A stretch of DNA of 64,000 nucleotides, taken from the NCBI GenBank assembly GCA_963798425.1, contig CAWCTP010000012.1, positions 153,470 through 217,469 of the forward strand, given 5' to 3'. This document shows positions 19,991 to 29,530 of this stretch, in pieces. The stretch is from an uncultured delta proteobacterium. Lineage in GTDB: Bacteria > Desulfobacterota > Desulfobulbia > Desulfobulbales > Desulfocapsaceae. A model generated the notes under the pieces. It was not told the DNA's origin, ran no database searches, and worked only from the letters and a program-made list of their open reading frames with translations. Positions within the stretch are counted from its first letter, which is position 1; each line of letters starts with the position of its first letter. A program made the position numbers and the translations under genes.

Positions 19991-20242
19991 ATGGAGAGAC
20001 AGCTAGCACACATTATTAGATTTCACAGAAAACGCAGTGGATTGACTCAGCTTGAGCTCGCTGAAATGGCTGGTGTCGGGAAAAATCTGATTTATGAAGT
20101 CGAAAATGGCAAACTAAGTTTGCGCCTGGATAACTTACTGAAGGTTCTCCAGGTTCTAAATATCGATCTCAACTTTCAAAGTCCCCTTCGTGAGAGTTTT
20201 TTGAAGGAGTATCCTAATGCGGATAGCGGATGTGTTTTTTAA
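19991..20242 (+). CDS. hipB: HipB-like XRE-family HTH antitoxin/repressor
   Basis: MERQLAHIIRFHRKRSGLTQLELAEMAGVGKNLIYEVENG is a Cro/C1-type HTH. It is the first gene of a three-gene operon with overlapping starts and stops. Confidence 0.8.
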   Translation: MERQLAHIIRFHRKRSGLTQLELAEMAGVGKNLIYEVENGKLSLRLDNLLKVLQVLNIDLNFQSPLRESFLKEYPNADSGCVF

Positions 20243-20546
20243 AAATATTACGGCCGGACAGCTTACCCAGATGGATGAAGACGGGAAGTATTGTTTTCGT
20301 TATGCTCTGAACTACGCTGGCCCCCCGATTTCGGCGACAATGCCGGTACGGAGTGAGGCCTATCTATTTGATAGTTTCCCTCCTTTTTTTGACGGCTTAC
20401 TGCCGGAGGGATTTCAACTCGAAGCTCTTTTGCGCCAAAGAAAACTCGATCGGAACGACAGATTCGGGCAGCTACTTCAGGTTGGAGCTGATACCGTCGG
20501 TGCGGTAACAGTGAGTGAACATCTATTGGAAGAAAGGTGCAAATGA
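20217..20546 (+). CDS. hipS: HipS-like protein (HipA N-terminal subdomain as a separate polypeptide)
   Basis: 109 aa resembling HipA N-terminal subdomain 1. AAGGAG RBS upstream. Overlaps hipB by 26 bp and hipT by 10 bp. Confidence 0.75.
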   Translation: MRIADVFFKNITAGQLTQMDEDGKYCFRYALNYAGPPISATMPVRSEAYLFDSFPPFFDGLLPEGFQLEALLRQRKLDRNDRFGQLLQVGADTVGAVTVSEHLLEERCK

Positions 20547-21469
20547 ATCGATGTCCTCTCACCTATCAGCCCTGTGTCGGCGCATACTCCGAACAAGGTT
20601 TGAAACTTCTCTCCCGGCGCCTGATAGGACTAAAAGATTTACCGTTCACCGCCGAGGAGTTACGCCGGGAGGCAGCTGCTCGCTCTGAGAAAATGTCCAT
20701 CCAAGGTGTCCAGCCCAAATTGTCGGCAAAACTGAACATTAAAGAACAACAATTTGATTTTGTTGACAGGAGCGGTCTTTATATTCTCAAACCTCAAACT
20801 GCAGACTATCTGGAGGTGCCGGAGAATGAAGATCTCAGCATGCGATTTGCACGTGTAGCGGGCATTGAGGTGCCCCTGCATGGTCTGCTTTATGGACGGG
20901 ATCGACAGTTGAGTTATTTCATTCGCCGTTTTGACAGAGTCGGCCGTAACGACAAGGTTCATGTTGAGGATTTTGCTCAACTTGCCGGACTCTCACGTGA
21001 TACAAAATATCGATCCAGCATGGAACAAGTGGCAGGTTTGATAGACAGATACTGTACCTTTCCGGCTGTCGAGAGACTCAAATTATTTCGTCTGATTTTG
21101 TTCTGTTTTCTGATTGGCAATGAAGATATGCATCTGAAAAATTTTTCTATTATATACAGAGATGACGTTATAGGGCTGTCTCCGGCCTATGACCTCTTGA
21201 ATACAACCATCGCCTTGCCTCATCCAGAGGAAGAACTCGCCCTGCCGTTAAATGGTAAAAAGAACAAGCTGAAACGACAGGATTTGGTTGATTATTTCGG
21301 ACGGAATCGATTGCAGTTGACAAACCGGGTGATTGATAAGGTAATGCTGGAATTGAAGCAGGCACGTACGACTTGGGAACAATTACTAGCTGTTAGTTTC
21401 CTGTCAGAGCAAATGAAAGAGAAATATCTCAGTGTGCTGGAAGATCGATTTTTAAGACTGTATGGATAG
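20537..21469 (+). CDS. hipT: HipT-like Ser/Thr kinase toxin (HipA C-terminal kinase core lacking N-subdomain)
   Basis: Contains GVQPK and the catalytic GNEDMHLKNFS motifs of HipA-family kinases. The length (310 aa) and gene order match the HipBST tripartite type. Confidence 0.8.
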   Translation: MQMNRCPLTYQPCVGAYSEQGLKLLSRRLIGLKDLPFTAEELRREAAARSEKMSIQGVQPKLSAKLNIKEQQFDFVDRSGLYILKPQTADYLEVPENEDLSMRFARVAGIEVPLHGLLYGRDRQLSYFIRRFDRVGRNDKVHVEDFAQLAGLSRDTKYRSSMEQVAGLIDRYCTFPAVERLKLFRLILFCFLIGNEDMHLKNFSIIYRDDVIGLSPAYDLLNTTIALPHPEEELALPLNGKKNKLKRQDLVDYFGRNRLQLTNRVIDKVMLELKQARTTWEQLLAVSFLSEQMKEKYLSVLEDRFLRLYG

Positions 21470-21568
21470 GCGCACTACGATCAACCAAGACGAAGTTGAT
21501 TTTTAACCATTTATTATTTATCGCGGCAATTGGTGCCTGCCGTGTCAAGAATAAAGATTTGCTCCCTC

Positions 21569-22390
21569 TTATTTACTTCCCAGTAGATACACCTCCGTAA
21601 ATGTCGGATCAATATTATGATAAGACTCCAGCAAGACTAGAAATTTGCCACGTACTCGCGGGTATTTGTTCATGATTTTTTTGAACTTCTGCGGGTAGGT
21701 GAAGATCATGGCAGCGTATTCGTTGATATCGTTTTCGACGCTGGTTTGCGCGTATGTATCCATAAAGCCTTTTTCAAAATCGACCTCTGTCCCACCTAAA
21801 TGCGAGACGCTCTTGTATGTCTTTAGTGGATCCTTGGTTGTGTTGTATAAGTAGTCAAATTCCTTTGGATTATTTGCAGTCCAGAGATTGGTGTCAAATG
21901 AATTACGTTGCAACAAAAGGGAACTGAACTCATGATGAAAAGCGTATATACCATCATCATGAGCTTGGAATCCACTATCAATCAAATATATGCTCCTTTT
22001 CAAAGGATCATATAATGCTCCATAGTTAAACCCATTTTTTTTAGTGATTCTCCCAGCAAAATTAATAGTAGATAAATGGTTTTTGATTACTTGAACCGGA
22101 TACCTCTCTAATGCCGTTTGCAAGATATCAGCATAGCGAACTAGCACCCTAGGCCAAATCGGTTTGATGATGGGCGATTCTTCCCAAGCTGATAAAAAAT
22201 CCGCGTCAACCTTGTAGACAATCTTGATCCCATATTTGGATGTAATTGGTTCAAAACAAGCGTCAATTTCCTCTTTGGTATAGGTCGTATGAAGATAGAT
22301 GAAATACAATTTACCGCCGACAGCGAGCACCAGCAGAATTGCTAATAAATAGTTTACTACCTTGTTCATCGGTCTATATTTGATCATATC
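21569..22390 (-). CDS. hypothetical membrane-anchored protein (AT-rich)
   Basis: About 274-aa ORF with an N-terminal TM (VVNYLLAILLVLAVGG) and a soluble domain. Overlaps the end of the upstream LysM gene. The start codon is uncertain. Confidence 0.5.
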   Translation of the reverse strand, partial: DMIKYRPMNKVVNYLLAILLVLAVGGKLYFIYLHTTYTKEEIDACFEPITSKYGIKIVYKVDADFLSAWEESPIIKPIWPRVLVRYADILQTALERYPVQVIKNHLSTINFAGRITKKNGFNYGALYDPLKRSIYLIDSGFQAHDDGIYAFHHEFSSLLLQRNSFDTNLWTANNPKEFDYLYNTTKDPLKTYKSVSHLGGTEVDFEKGFMDTYAQTSVENDINEYAAMIFTYPQKFKKIMNKYPRVRGKFLVLLESYHNIDPTFTEVYLLGSK

Positions 22391-23360
22391 ACGCATCTGG
22401 ATATTCATGACGTTTTGGGTCAACGGAGTGTTTGAAAGACATAATTGAGGTCATTTCTCCTGGTCTAAATGTTGCTATGCGAATTGCTGGGAAAAAACGT
22501 GCGATAACCGTGATCGCTACCAAAGCGAAAATCGCAGTTAGATAGTCGTCCGTTTTGGTCACATCTACCGAGGTGGTTGGATCTAAAGCTCTAACATCCA
22601 CCGCCGCATTATCCCGAACCGGTGCTTTATTCACTCCCTTGGATCTTGGATGCATGATCACCTCAACTTTGAGCTCGATATCGGCGCTGAATTTGTATTT
22701 TACTCCCCTAACTTCCAAGGTGCCGTTGAGAGTTTGAGGCTTAATGAAGCCCGCCCAATGGATAGGGCTATCCTTCTGAACTTTTACCGTAAAGGGGCCA
22801 AGATTGGCCTCGGTCGCTAGAGGTGCCTTGATTTTGACTATGCCGGACTCGAACACCATCTCAGGTTTGGCCGTCAGGGCAGACAGGGCCGGGTCGTATG
22901 TCTTGTATAATTTTTGCTTGGCCTGTATGGGGTCTTTGCTTATGAGCAGTTCAAAGCCGTGTTGGCGCATGTTGTCGGACATGGTTTCGATGCTGATCTT
23001 GCCGCTTAACTCGGTTTTGACCGTGAAGTCAAGATAAGGACGGACGTATTTGATTTGTGGCGTGTCATGGCCGATTGAGTAGGTAACTTTCAGATCGAGT
23101 GGAATTGCTGATTTTCCACCTTCAACTTTGACGCCGGTTCCTGGTTGCAGATTTATTTTGCGTGCCGGCAGTACAATCGTCTGTCCCACATAAATCAGAT
23201 TTTCATTTACAATGGGAATCAGTGGGCGTTGCTGATGTTGCTTTGCGGCCTCTTTATTGTGTTCGTTGAAAATATCTGGCCATCTGGTGCCGCTACCCAA
23301 ATATTGGTAGGCCAAGCTCCATAGACTGTCTCCCTTTTTAACCAAATGATACAAAGGCAT
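22389..23360 (-). CDS. LysM domain protein
   Basis: The N-terminal LysM motif YHLVKKGDSLWSLAYQYLGSGTRWPDIFNEHN…GQTIVLP is followed by a beta-rich domain. The gene is AT-rich. Confidence 0.65.
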   Translation of the reverse strand: MPLYHLVKKGDSLWSLAYQYLGSGTRWPDIFNEHNKEAAKQHQQRPLIPIVNENLIYVGQTIVLPARKINLQPGTGVKVEGGKSAIPLDLKVTYSIGHDTPQIKYVRPYLDFTVKTELSGKISIETMSDNMRQHGFELLISKDPIQAKQKLYKTYDPALSALTAKPEMVFESGIVKIKAPLATEANLGPFTVKVQKDSPIHWAGFIKPQTLNGTLEVRGVKYKFSADIELKVEVIMHPRSKGVNKAPVRDNAAVDVRALDPTTSVDVTKTDDYLTAIFALVAITVIARFFPAIRIATFRPGEMTSIMSFKHSVDPKRHEYPDA

Positions 23361-24508
23361 TTTGCCTCCTTTTTAAGTTGTAACCCAACGGTGATTTAAT
23401 GTTTGGCTTTTTTATCTTTGACACTTTGCCAGCGTTATGACGACGTTCCTGCGTATCTAGATGGAATCTTGTTGCCAGGAGATCCTTTAGTCAAATGGGT
23501 CGCAGACTACTTATCCGTGTTGGATTTCACAACTTTTCCCTCCGTATAAAATTTTCTATTTCAACCCTGCCTTGGTAAGGGTTGACTGTAATCTTATATG
23601 CAAAATGTCCCAAGAAGCCAATTTTGCATAAGGTCATATACCTCCTGAATTTGAATTGTCCTCGCAGCAGAAGACTGTTTGGAAAAACTATCTTCAAGCC
23701 ATGAACACCAATAATGGGTCAAGCAAAGAGTAAACGTTCACCAGCAACCCATATGCTTGCGATGAACCCCCCTTGCATAGGAACGTTGTGTTTTTTCTCT
23801 ATCTGCTTTCTGATGCTCGACTCTTCTTCCAGATCCCTTTTTCCAAGGAGGGCCTTTATCTCTTCAACAAACCCGACACATCCTCTTGTATTCATGGAGT
23901 TGTGATAGCTTTGATATCTTATATTTTTCTTACATTTTTAAGGTTGATAGAGAAAAACGAGCTTGCTGGGGACGTCACATATCACGCTTTTGGATATTCT
24001 TGGAGTTTGGGGTCAATGAAATGCTCGAAAGACATAACCGAGGCTGTCGTTCTTGGTTGAAGTTGTATTTTACTCCACCGACCTCCACGGTGCCATTGAG
24101 AGTGGCAGACTTAATGGTGCCGGACATATGGTTGGGGCTCTCTTCACCTAATTGCCTTCTTTTAGGTCTTGATGAGGCCTCCCGCTTTGCTGAAGTTAGG
24201 GTGGTGATTGATGAGAAAATGGTTTCTTATCACAATCTTTCTCGGTCGCCAATCTTCCCAGTCCGAAACACCTGTGATATTAAATTCCCTTATGATTTCA
24301 TGAAGATTTGTAAACTCTGACAATTGCCACTTCATTTTCGAGATCGGGAGTTCTGAACCTGAAGTTCGGTTTGCACCGCATTGAGTTTCCGGGCACCTGT
24401 GTCTTTCGACAAGTATTTGGTGGCTGTTTATAATTGGAATGATTATCATAAATAGGGTAATGTAACATTGAAGTAAATACTTAAACACTCTACGGAATTC
24501 ACTCTGTT

Positions 24509-26782
24509 ATGGCTATAGAAAACATCGAAGCCAAAATTAAAGGTATGCATTGTGCGGCATGTTCCTCGCGCATTGAACGTGTGGTCGGTAACATGGAAGG
24601 GGTTACCGAATGTTCTGTGAATTTGGCTACAGAACGGGCTAAAATTGCATATGATCCAGTAGCAATTACCATCACCGCAATCGAACAGGCTATAGCCGGT
24701 CTGGGTTTTTCAGCTGAGGTTGCAACGGATGATTCAGACGATTCCGGTGATGCCCGAGAAGCGGCTGACCGCTTGGAGGCGATGAAGAATAGCCTGCTTC
24801 CAGCATTTGTCCTGGCATTGGCTATCATGTGTCTGTCAATGTCGGGAATGGTTGGAGTCACACTGCCGGAAATCGTACACCCCAATCATTCACCCTTCAC
24901 CTACGCGATAATCCAGTTTCTACTCCTTTTGCCAGTTCTCTATCTCGGCAGAAATTTTTATCTGAATGGCATTCCGGCACTTCTGCGTGGAGGGCCGAAC
25001 ATGGATAGTTTAATTGCTATGGGTACCGGCGCCGCTTTCATCTACTCCACCTGGAATCTGATTGAAATTGGACTTGGGATCAATCCTGTCGCTCGTGCCC
25101 ATGATCTCTATTTTGAATCGGCAGCCATGTTGATTGCTTTGGTTTCCTTGGGAAAATATCTGGAGGCCCGGTCAAAGTCCAGAACCACAGATGCTATAAA
25201 GCAACTGATGCAGCTTGCTCCTGAGACTGCCACGCTGCTCGACGGTAACGAACAGCGCCAGGTGGCGGTGTCTGAGATACAGATAAGTGATCGCATCCTG
25301 ATCCGACCTGGAGAAAGAATCCCGGTTGATGGGAAAATAACCGATGGGGAATCCGCAGTTGACGAATCAATGCTTACCGGTGAGAGCATGCCGGTGTTGA
25401 AAAGAAAGGGTGATGATCTTTTTGGTGGCACGTTGAACAAAAACGGCGCCTTGACCATGGAAGCGAAAAAAGTCGGACGTGATACAATGCTGGCCCGAAT
25501 TGTGAAACTTGTACAGGACGCACAAGGGACGAAGGCGCCGATAGCCAATCTTGCCGATCGTGTCAGCTTCTATTTTGTGCCAACCGTAATAGTAATTGCA
25601 TCGCTGGCAGGTTTGAGCTGGTTTTTCATTGGTGGTGCAGAGTTTAGTTTTGCTCTGCGTATTTTTATAGCTGTTTTGGTGATCGCTTGTCCTTGTGCCA
25701 TGGGTCTGGCCACGCCAACTTCTATCATGGTCGGAACTGGCCGTGGTGCACAGCTGGGGGTCCTGGTAAAAAGCGGAGCAATACTTGAGCTGGCCCAGAA
25801 GGTGAGTTGTGTGGTTTTTGATAAAACCGGCACGCTTACCCGCGGTAGACCTGAGGTCACCGATATTCGTCCTTTTTCCGATTATGATGAAAAAATGCTT
25901 TTGAGTCTTTCTGCCGGGGCGGAGAGTCACTCGGAGCATCCTCTAGCTGAAGCGATTATTACAGCAGCACGAAAAAGTGATTGTTCTATTCCCGAACCAC
26001 AATCTTTTTCGGCAACACTTGGTCGGGGTATTACATCGTCTCTACTGTTGGATGGTAATAACTATGAGGTACTCTTTGGCAACATCGAATTTCTCCGGGA
26101 AAATCACATTGAGGGTCTAACCGAGCAGGTTCAGAGGGAGGCAAGTGCGTTGTCTGATCAGGGGAAGACCGTTTTGTATCTCGCGGTTGGTAAAGCTTTG
26201 GCCGGTCTACTGGCCATTGCCGATCAATTGAAAGATGAGGCGAGGGATACAGTGAAACATCTTGAGGCGATGGGGATTAAAGTCGTGATGCTTACCGGGG
26301 ATAATGAGAAAACAGCAACCGCAATTGCTCGTGAGGCAGGGATAAAACGGGTTGTCGCCGATGTTCTGCCGGACAAGAAAGAAGAGGAAGTTGTTAGATT
26401 ACAGCAGGAAGGTGAGATCGTTGCCATGATCGGGGATGGAATCAATGATGCACCTGCACTGGCAAGGGCTGATGTCGGCATTGCCATGGGTACAGGAATT
26501 GATGTTGCTATGGAGTCGGCCGATATAGTTTTGATGACCGGCCATCTGTCCGGGGTCGGTCGGGCTATTGGCCTTAGTCGGGCGACCATGAGGAATATTC
26601 ACCAGAATCTTTTCTGGGCCTTTGCTTATAATGTGATAGGGATCCCTGTGGCGGCTGGAATCTTGGCCATCTTTGGTGGGCCAACCCTTAATCCGATGAT
26701 TGGCGGTGCTGCCATGGCACTTAGTTCTGTTTCCGTCGTTACTAATGCTCTGCGTCTCAGGTGGTATCAACCTGAAGTCTAG
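24509..26782 (+). CDS. copA: copper-translocating P1B-type ATPase CopA
   Basis: N-terminal HMA ([12 protein letters not shown]). TM motif [11 protein letters not shown] (CPC). DKTGTLT phosphorylation site. [10 protein letters not shown] hinge. 757 aa. Confidence 0.9.
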   Translation: MAIENIEAKIKGMHCAACSSRIERVVGNMEGVTECSVNLATERAKIAYDPVAITITAIEQAIAGLGFSAEVATDDSDDSGDAREAADRLEAMKNSLLPAFVLALAIMCLSMSGMVGVTLPEIVHPNHSPFTYAIIQFLLLLPVLYLGRNFYLNGIPALLRGGPNMDSLIAMGTGAAFIYSTWNLIEIGLGINPVARAHDLYFESAAMLIALVSLGKYLEARSKSRTTDAIKQLMQLAPETATLLDGNEQRQVAVSEIQISDRILIRPGERIPVDGKITDGESAVDESMLTGESMPVLKRKGDDLFGGTLNKNGALTMEAKKVGRDTMLARIVKLVQDAQGTKAPIANLADRVSFYFVPTVIVIASLAGLSWFFIGGAEFSFALRIFIAVLVIACPCAMGLATPTSIMVGTGRGAQLGVLVKSGAILELAQKVSCVVFDKTGTLTRGRPEVTDIRPFSDYDEKMLLSLSAGAESHSEHPLAEAIITAARKSDCSIPEPQSFSATLGRGITSSLLLDGNNYEVLFGNIEFLRENHIEGLTEQVQREASALSDQGKTVLYLAVGKALAGLLAIADQLKDEARDTVKHLEAMGIKVVMLTGDNEKTATAIAREAGIKRVVADVLPDKKEEEVVRLQQEGEIVAMIGDGINDAPALARADVGIAMGTGIDVAMESADIVLMTGHLSGVGRAIGLSRATMRNIHQNLFWAFAYNVIGIPVAAGILAIFGGPTLNPMIGGAAMALSSVSVVTNALRLRWYQPEV

Positions 26783-26834
26783 TAAGACCTGGCTTTAATG
26801 GTCTAAAAAAAATGATTTGGTTAAAAATGTTGTC

Positions 26835-26978
26835 TTAGAATTTTTTTTTGGTTCCGTACGTAGAATAGTTGAATTCCAGTAATTTCTTGAAAATATTTAT
26901 CAGGAAATCGTACCAGGCGGGCTGCTCTATTTCTGGATTCATTTCTTTGACCAGCTTGTTGGTATCTTCTACTGCCAT
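26835..26978 (-). CDS. possible small protein (47 aa)
   Basis: Reverse-strand ORF MAVEDTNKLVKEMNPEIEQPAWYDFLINIFKKLLEFNYSTYGTKKKF preceded by GAGGAGAGAC. It is below the 60-aa ORF-track threshold. The call is speculative. Confidence 0.2.
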   Translation of the reverse strand: MAVEDTNKLVKEMNPEIEQPAWYDFLINIFKKLLEFNYSTYGTKKKF

Positions 26979-27023
26979 TTAGTCTCTCCTCTTAGTGACT
27001 TAGGAAGTCTTTACCCGTTTTTG

Positions 27024-27049
27024 GGGAAAGAATTTCGTGAAGGAACGTA
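27024..27049 (+). repeat. right copy of the imperfect direct repeat (gGAAAGAaTTTCGTGAAGGaACgTaT)
   Basis: See the feature at 11379-11405. It lies about 240 nt downstream of the copA stop and 220 nt upstream of the flavodoxin gene. Confidence 0.5.
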
Positions 27050-27266
27050 TACCCATCAAGGGGGCATGAAACAGAGTCCCCGCACGTTACGGGGCAGAGT
27101 GAACTAGAAAGTATTTCCTTTACGAGTGCGACCCAGTATAATTACAATCGTTATATCTCACAAGCGTTTCTTTTCGTGAATTAACGGGGAGATTTAGATG
27201 TGGAGGATACGGTTATATCCCACTCACATTGAGCCCTAATCCGGACAACAGATAAATGAGAGTTCT

Positions 27267-28067
27267 ATGAAAATTAAAAAAATATGGCTCGTTTCTTTTT
27301 CACCGACCAGAACTTCCAAACACGGTATCGATGCAATTGCCTCGGGCCTTCAGGGCATCCCCTGTGAAACTCTCGACCTGACGTATCCTGATAAAATCGT
27401 AGAGACGGTACATTTTGCAGCAGACGAGCTGGTTATCATCGGCGTTCCTGTCTATGCCGGACGAGTTGCCCCCCTCGCGGTGAAGAGACTTGCGACAATA
27501 CAGGGAGTCGGCACTCCGGCGGTTTTAGTCGTCACTTATGGCAACAGAGCCTTCGAAGATGCCTTGTTAGAATTAAGAGATATTGCAGAAGGAGCTGCGT
27601 TCAAACCTATCGCAGCCTGTAGCTTTATTGGAGAGCACTCTTTCTCGGGAACCGAAACACCCATCGGTGCAAGCAGGCCTGATTCGGTGGATCTGGCCAT
27701 TGCCAAAGCATTTGGGGTGAAGATTATGGCGAAAATTGCAAACATTGAAAATTTGGAATCGGAACAGTGCCTGAAAGTGCCCGGGAATAGTCCTTATAAA
27801 GAAGGGATGGGATCACTCCCGTTTACTCCCGCAGTAGTCCACTCCAAATGTACGCAGTGTGCAGCTTGTATTACTACCTGTCCTGCCGGTGCGATTTCTC
27901 TGGTTTCGGAGATAGAAATCGATCAGAATAGTTGTATTTTTTGTTGTGCCTGCATCAAAAACTGTCCCGAGGATGCTATAGAGATTGAAGCCGAGCCCAT
28001 AAAACAAAAAAGACAATGGTTGTATGAAAATTATGTCGAGCGTAAAGAACCGGAACTTTATCTGTAA
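27267..28067 (+). CDS. flavodoxin-like domain fused to 2x[4Fe-4S] ferredoxin domain
   Basis: N-terminal flavodoxin-like fold (IIGVPVYAGRVAP…VVTYGNRAFEDAL). C-terminal CTQCAACITTCP and CIFCCACIKNCP cluster motifs. Confidence 0.7.
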   Translation: MKIKKIWLVSFSPTRTSKHGIDAIASGLQGIPCETLDLTYPDKIVETVHFAADELVIIGVPVYAGRVAPLAVKRLATIQGVGTPAVLVVTYGNRAFEDALLELRDIAEGAAFKPIAACSFIGEHSFSGTETPIGASRPDSVDLAIAKAFGVKIMAKIANIENLESEQCLKVPGNSPYKEGMGSLPFTPAVVHSKCTQCAACITTCPAGAISLVSEIEIDQNSCIFCCACIKNCPEDAIEIEAEPIKQKRQWLYENYVERKEPELYL

Positions 28068-28135
28068 TTAATATCTTAGAAATTCTTTCCCAAACAGTGG
28101 AACAAGAATTTCTAAGTCACTAAAAGGAGAGACCA

Positions 28136-28540
28136 GTGACAGCAGCTATTCAGGTTTTGAAAAGGGTGACACTTTCACTTATTCTTGGTAGCGCGGGCAG
28201 TGGACGAGAAAAATATAATCTATCCGATTCATCGGTACCTTTTGAATTTATCTATGGGGTAGCAAGTGTTGGACTTTGCCCATTCGAAAACGAACTGCAC
28301 GATAAACAAGTAGGTGAGAGCCTCACTTGCACTGTATCGAGTACCGAGGCACATGAATTTTTCGGCCATCTCTTTTTACCTTTACAGCAAGCACTGAGCT
28401 TACAGAATATCCCTGAAGTAATCACCCTGAAAATTGAGGTGATTGCGGTACAAGATGCCGAGAACAGAGAAATAGTGCAGTCGTTGGCTAAAGCATTGGC
28501 GCATGGTGGCTGTGGTGGATCCTGTGGTTGTGGTTGTTAA
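28136..28540 (+). CDS. SlyD-like FKBP-type protein with Cys-rich metal-binding tail
   Basis: GTG start after AAAGGAGA. The C-terminal half (LKIEVIAVQDAENREIV…AHGGCGGSCGCGC) resembles the SlyD IF/FKBP C-terminus and its Cys/His-rich tail. The N-terminus is divergent. Confidence 0.45.
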   Translation: MTAAIQVLKRVTLSLILGSAGSGREKYNLSDSSVPFEFIYGVASVGLCPFENELHDKQVGESLTCTVSSTEAHEFFGHLFLPLQQALSLQNIPEVITLKIEVIAVQDAENREIVQSLAKALAHGGCGGSCGCGC

Positions 28541-28566
28541 TTAAGGGTGTTATATAAACCTGCTGA

Positions 28567-29406
28567 TTAAAGATTCAACTCTCTTGGGGACTCAAAAGAC
28601 ATCTCAACCCCGGTGATAGGATCCCGAAACTCAATTTTACAGGACAGGAGTTGCAGAGGACGACAAAAATCGTCCGGCATTTCCTTCATAAGTGTTGGGT
28701 AATAACGGTCATTGACAATGGGAAAGCCAAGCCCACTTAGATGAATTCGAAGCTGGTGCTTTTTCCCGGTTATGGGGAAAAGCTGAAAGAGGGCTTGTGA
28801 TCCTACGACTTTGATCAGCCGAATTCGGGAACGGGCATTGATATCCCCCTCACTTGTCTGCATCCGGAACCAGGGGGTGCCCTGCTCAATTCGGTTTTCA
28901 ATAAGCCACTCAGTTTGCCCGGAATCAAACGGGAATTCCGTTACAGCCTGATATGTTTTTCGAACCAGCCCATCCATAAACATCTGCTGATACATCCCCC
29001 TGGTTTTTTTGTTAACCGATATCAGGACGAGGCCTGCAGTCCCTCGATCAATCCGATTGATGGGGGAAAGATCAAGGTTTGCCGTCTGCTCTTTCAGCCT
29101 GCCTATCAACGTTTCACGCACGAAGGGACCCCCAGGAGTTACAGGGAGGAAATGTGGTTTACAGGCCACCAGCAAATTATCGTCTTTGAACAGGATCTGC
29201 TCCTGAAAGGGTATCAGGCGTTCCGTTTCTACTTCCCTGAAATAGAAGAGCCGCTTGTTCGGCATATATGGGGTGTTCAAGGTGACAGGGGTACCCTCCT
29301 CGGTGAGCACCTTGCCTGTCGTAATGCGCTCTACCCACTTTTGTAATGATATCTTGGGAAACCGGCCGACGAGAAACGTAAGGAGCGTCGGATATGGCTT
29401 AGCCAT
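28567..29406 (-). CDS. RluA-family pseudouridine synthase
   Basis: NRIDRGTAGLVLIS matches the conserved RluA catalytic-Asp motif (HRLDxxTSG-like). The start is taken at MAKPYP…. Confidence 0.8.
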   Translation of the reverse strand: MAKPYPTLLTFLVGRFPKISLQKWVERITTGKVLTEEGTPVTLNTPYMPNKRLFYFREVETERLIPFQEQILFKDDNLLVACKPHFLPVTPGGPFVRETLIGRLKEQTANLDLSPINRIDRGTAGLVLISVNKKTRGMYQQMFMDGLVRKTYQAVTEFPFDSGQTEWLIENRIEQGTPWFRMQTSEGDINARSRIRLIKVVGSQALFQLFPITGKKHQLRIHLSGLGFPIVNDRYYPTLMKEMPDDFCRPLQLLSCKIEFRDPITGVEMSFESPRELNL

Positions 29407-29530
29407 ATCTGGCATGGACACTATCGAACAACCCGCTGAAATGCCCAATTATCAACTCCTTTCAAAATTTTTGGATTTCTGGTGGGCAGATTTACTGCCC
29501 ACCAGAGTTTTAATGTACACGCTCACCGTT

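Noticed and set aside
23714-24488. Several 60-140-aa ORFs in the 23.4-24.5 kb stretch
   Set aside because: Low-complexity AT-rich translations without RBS. The region instead holds a decayed fragment of the LysM gene.
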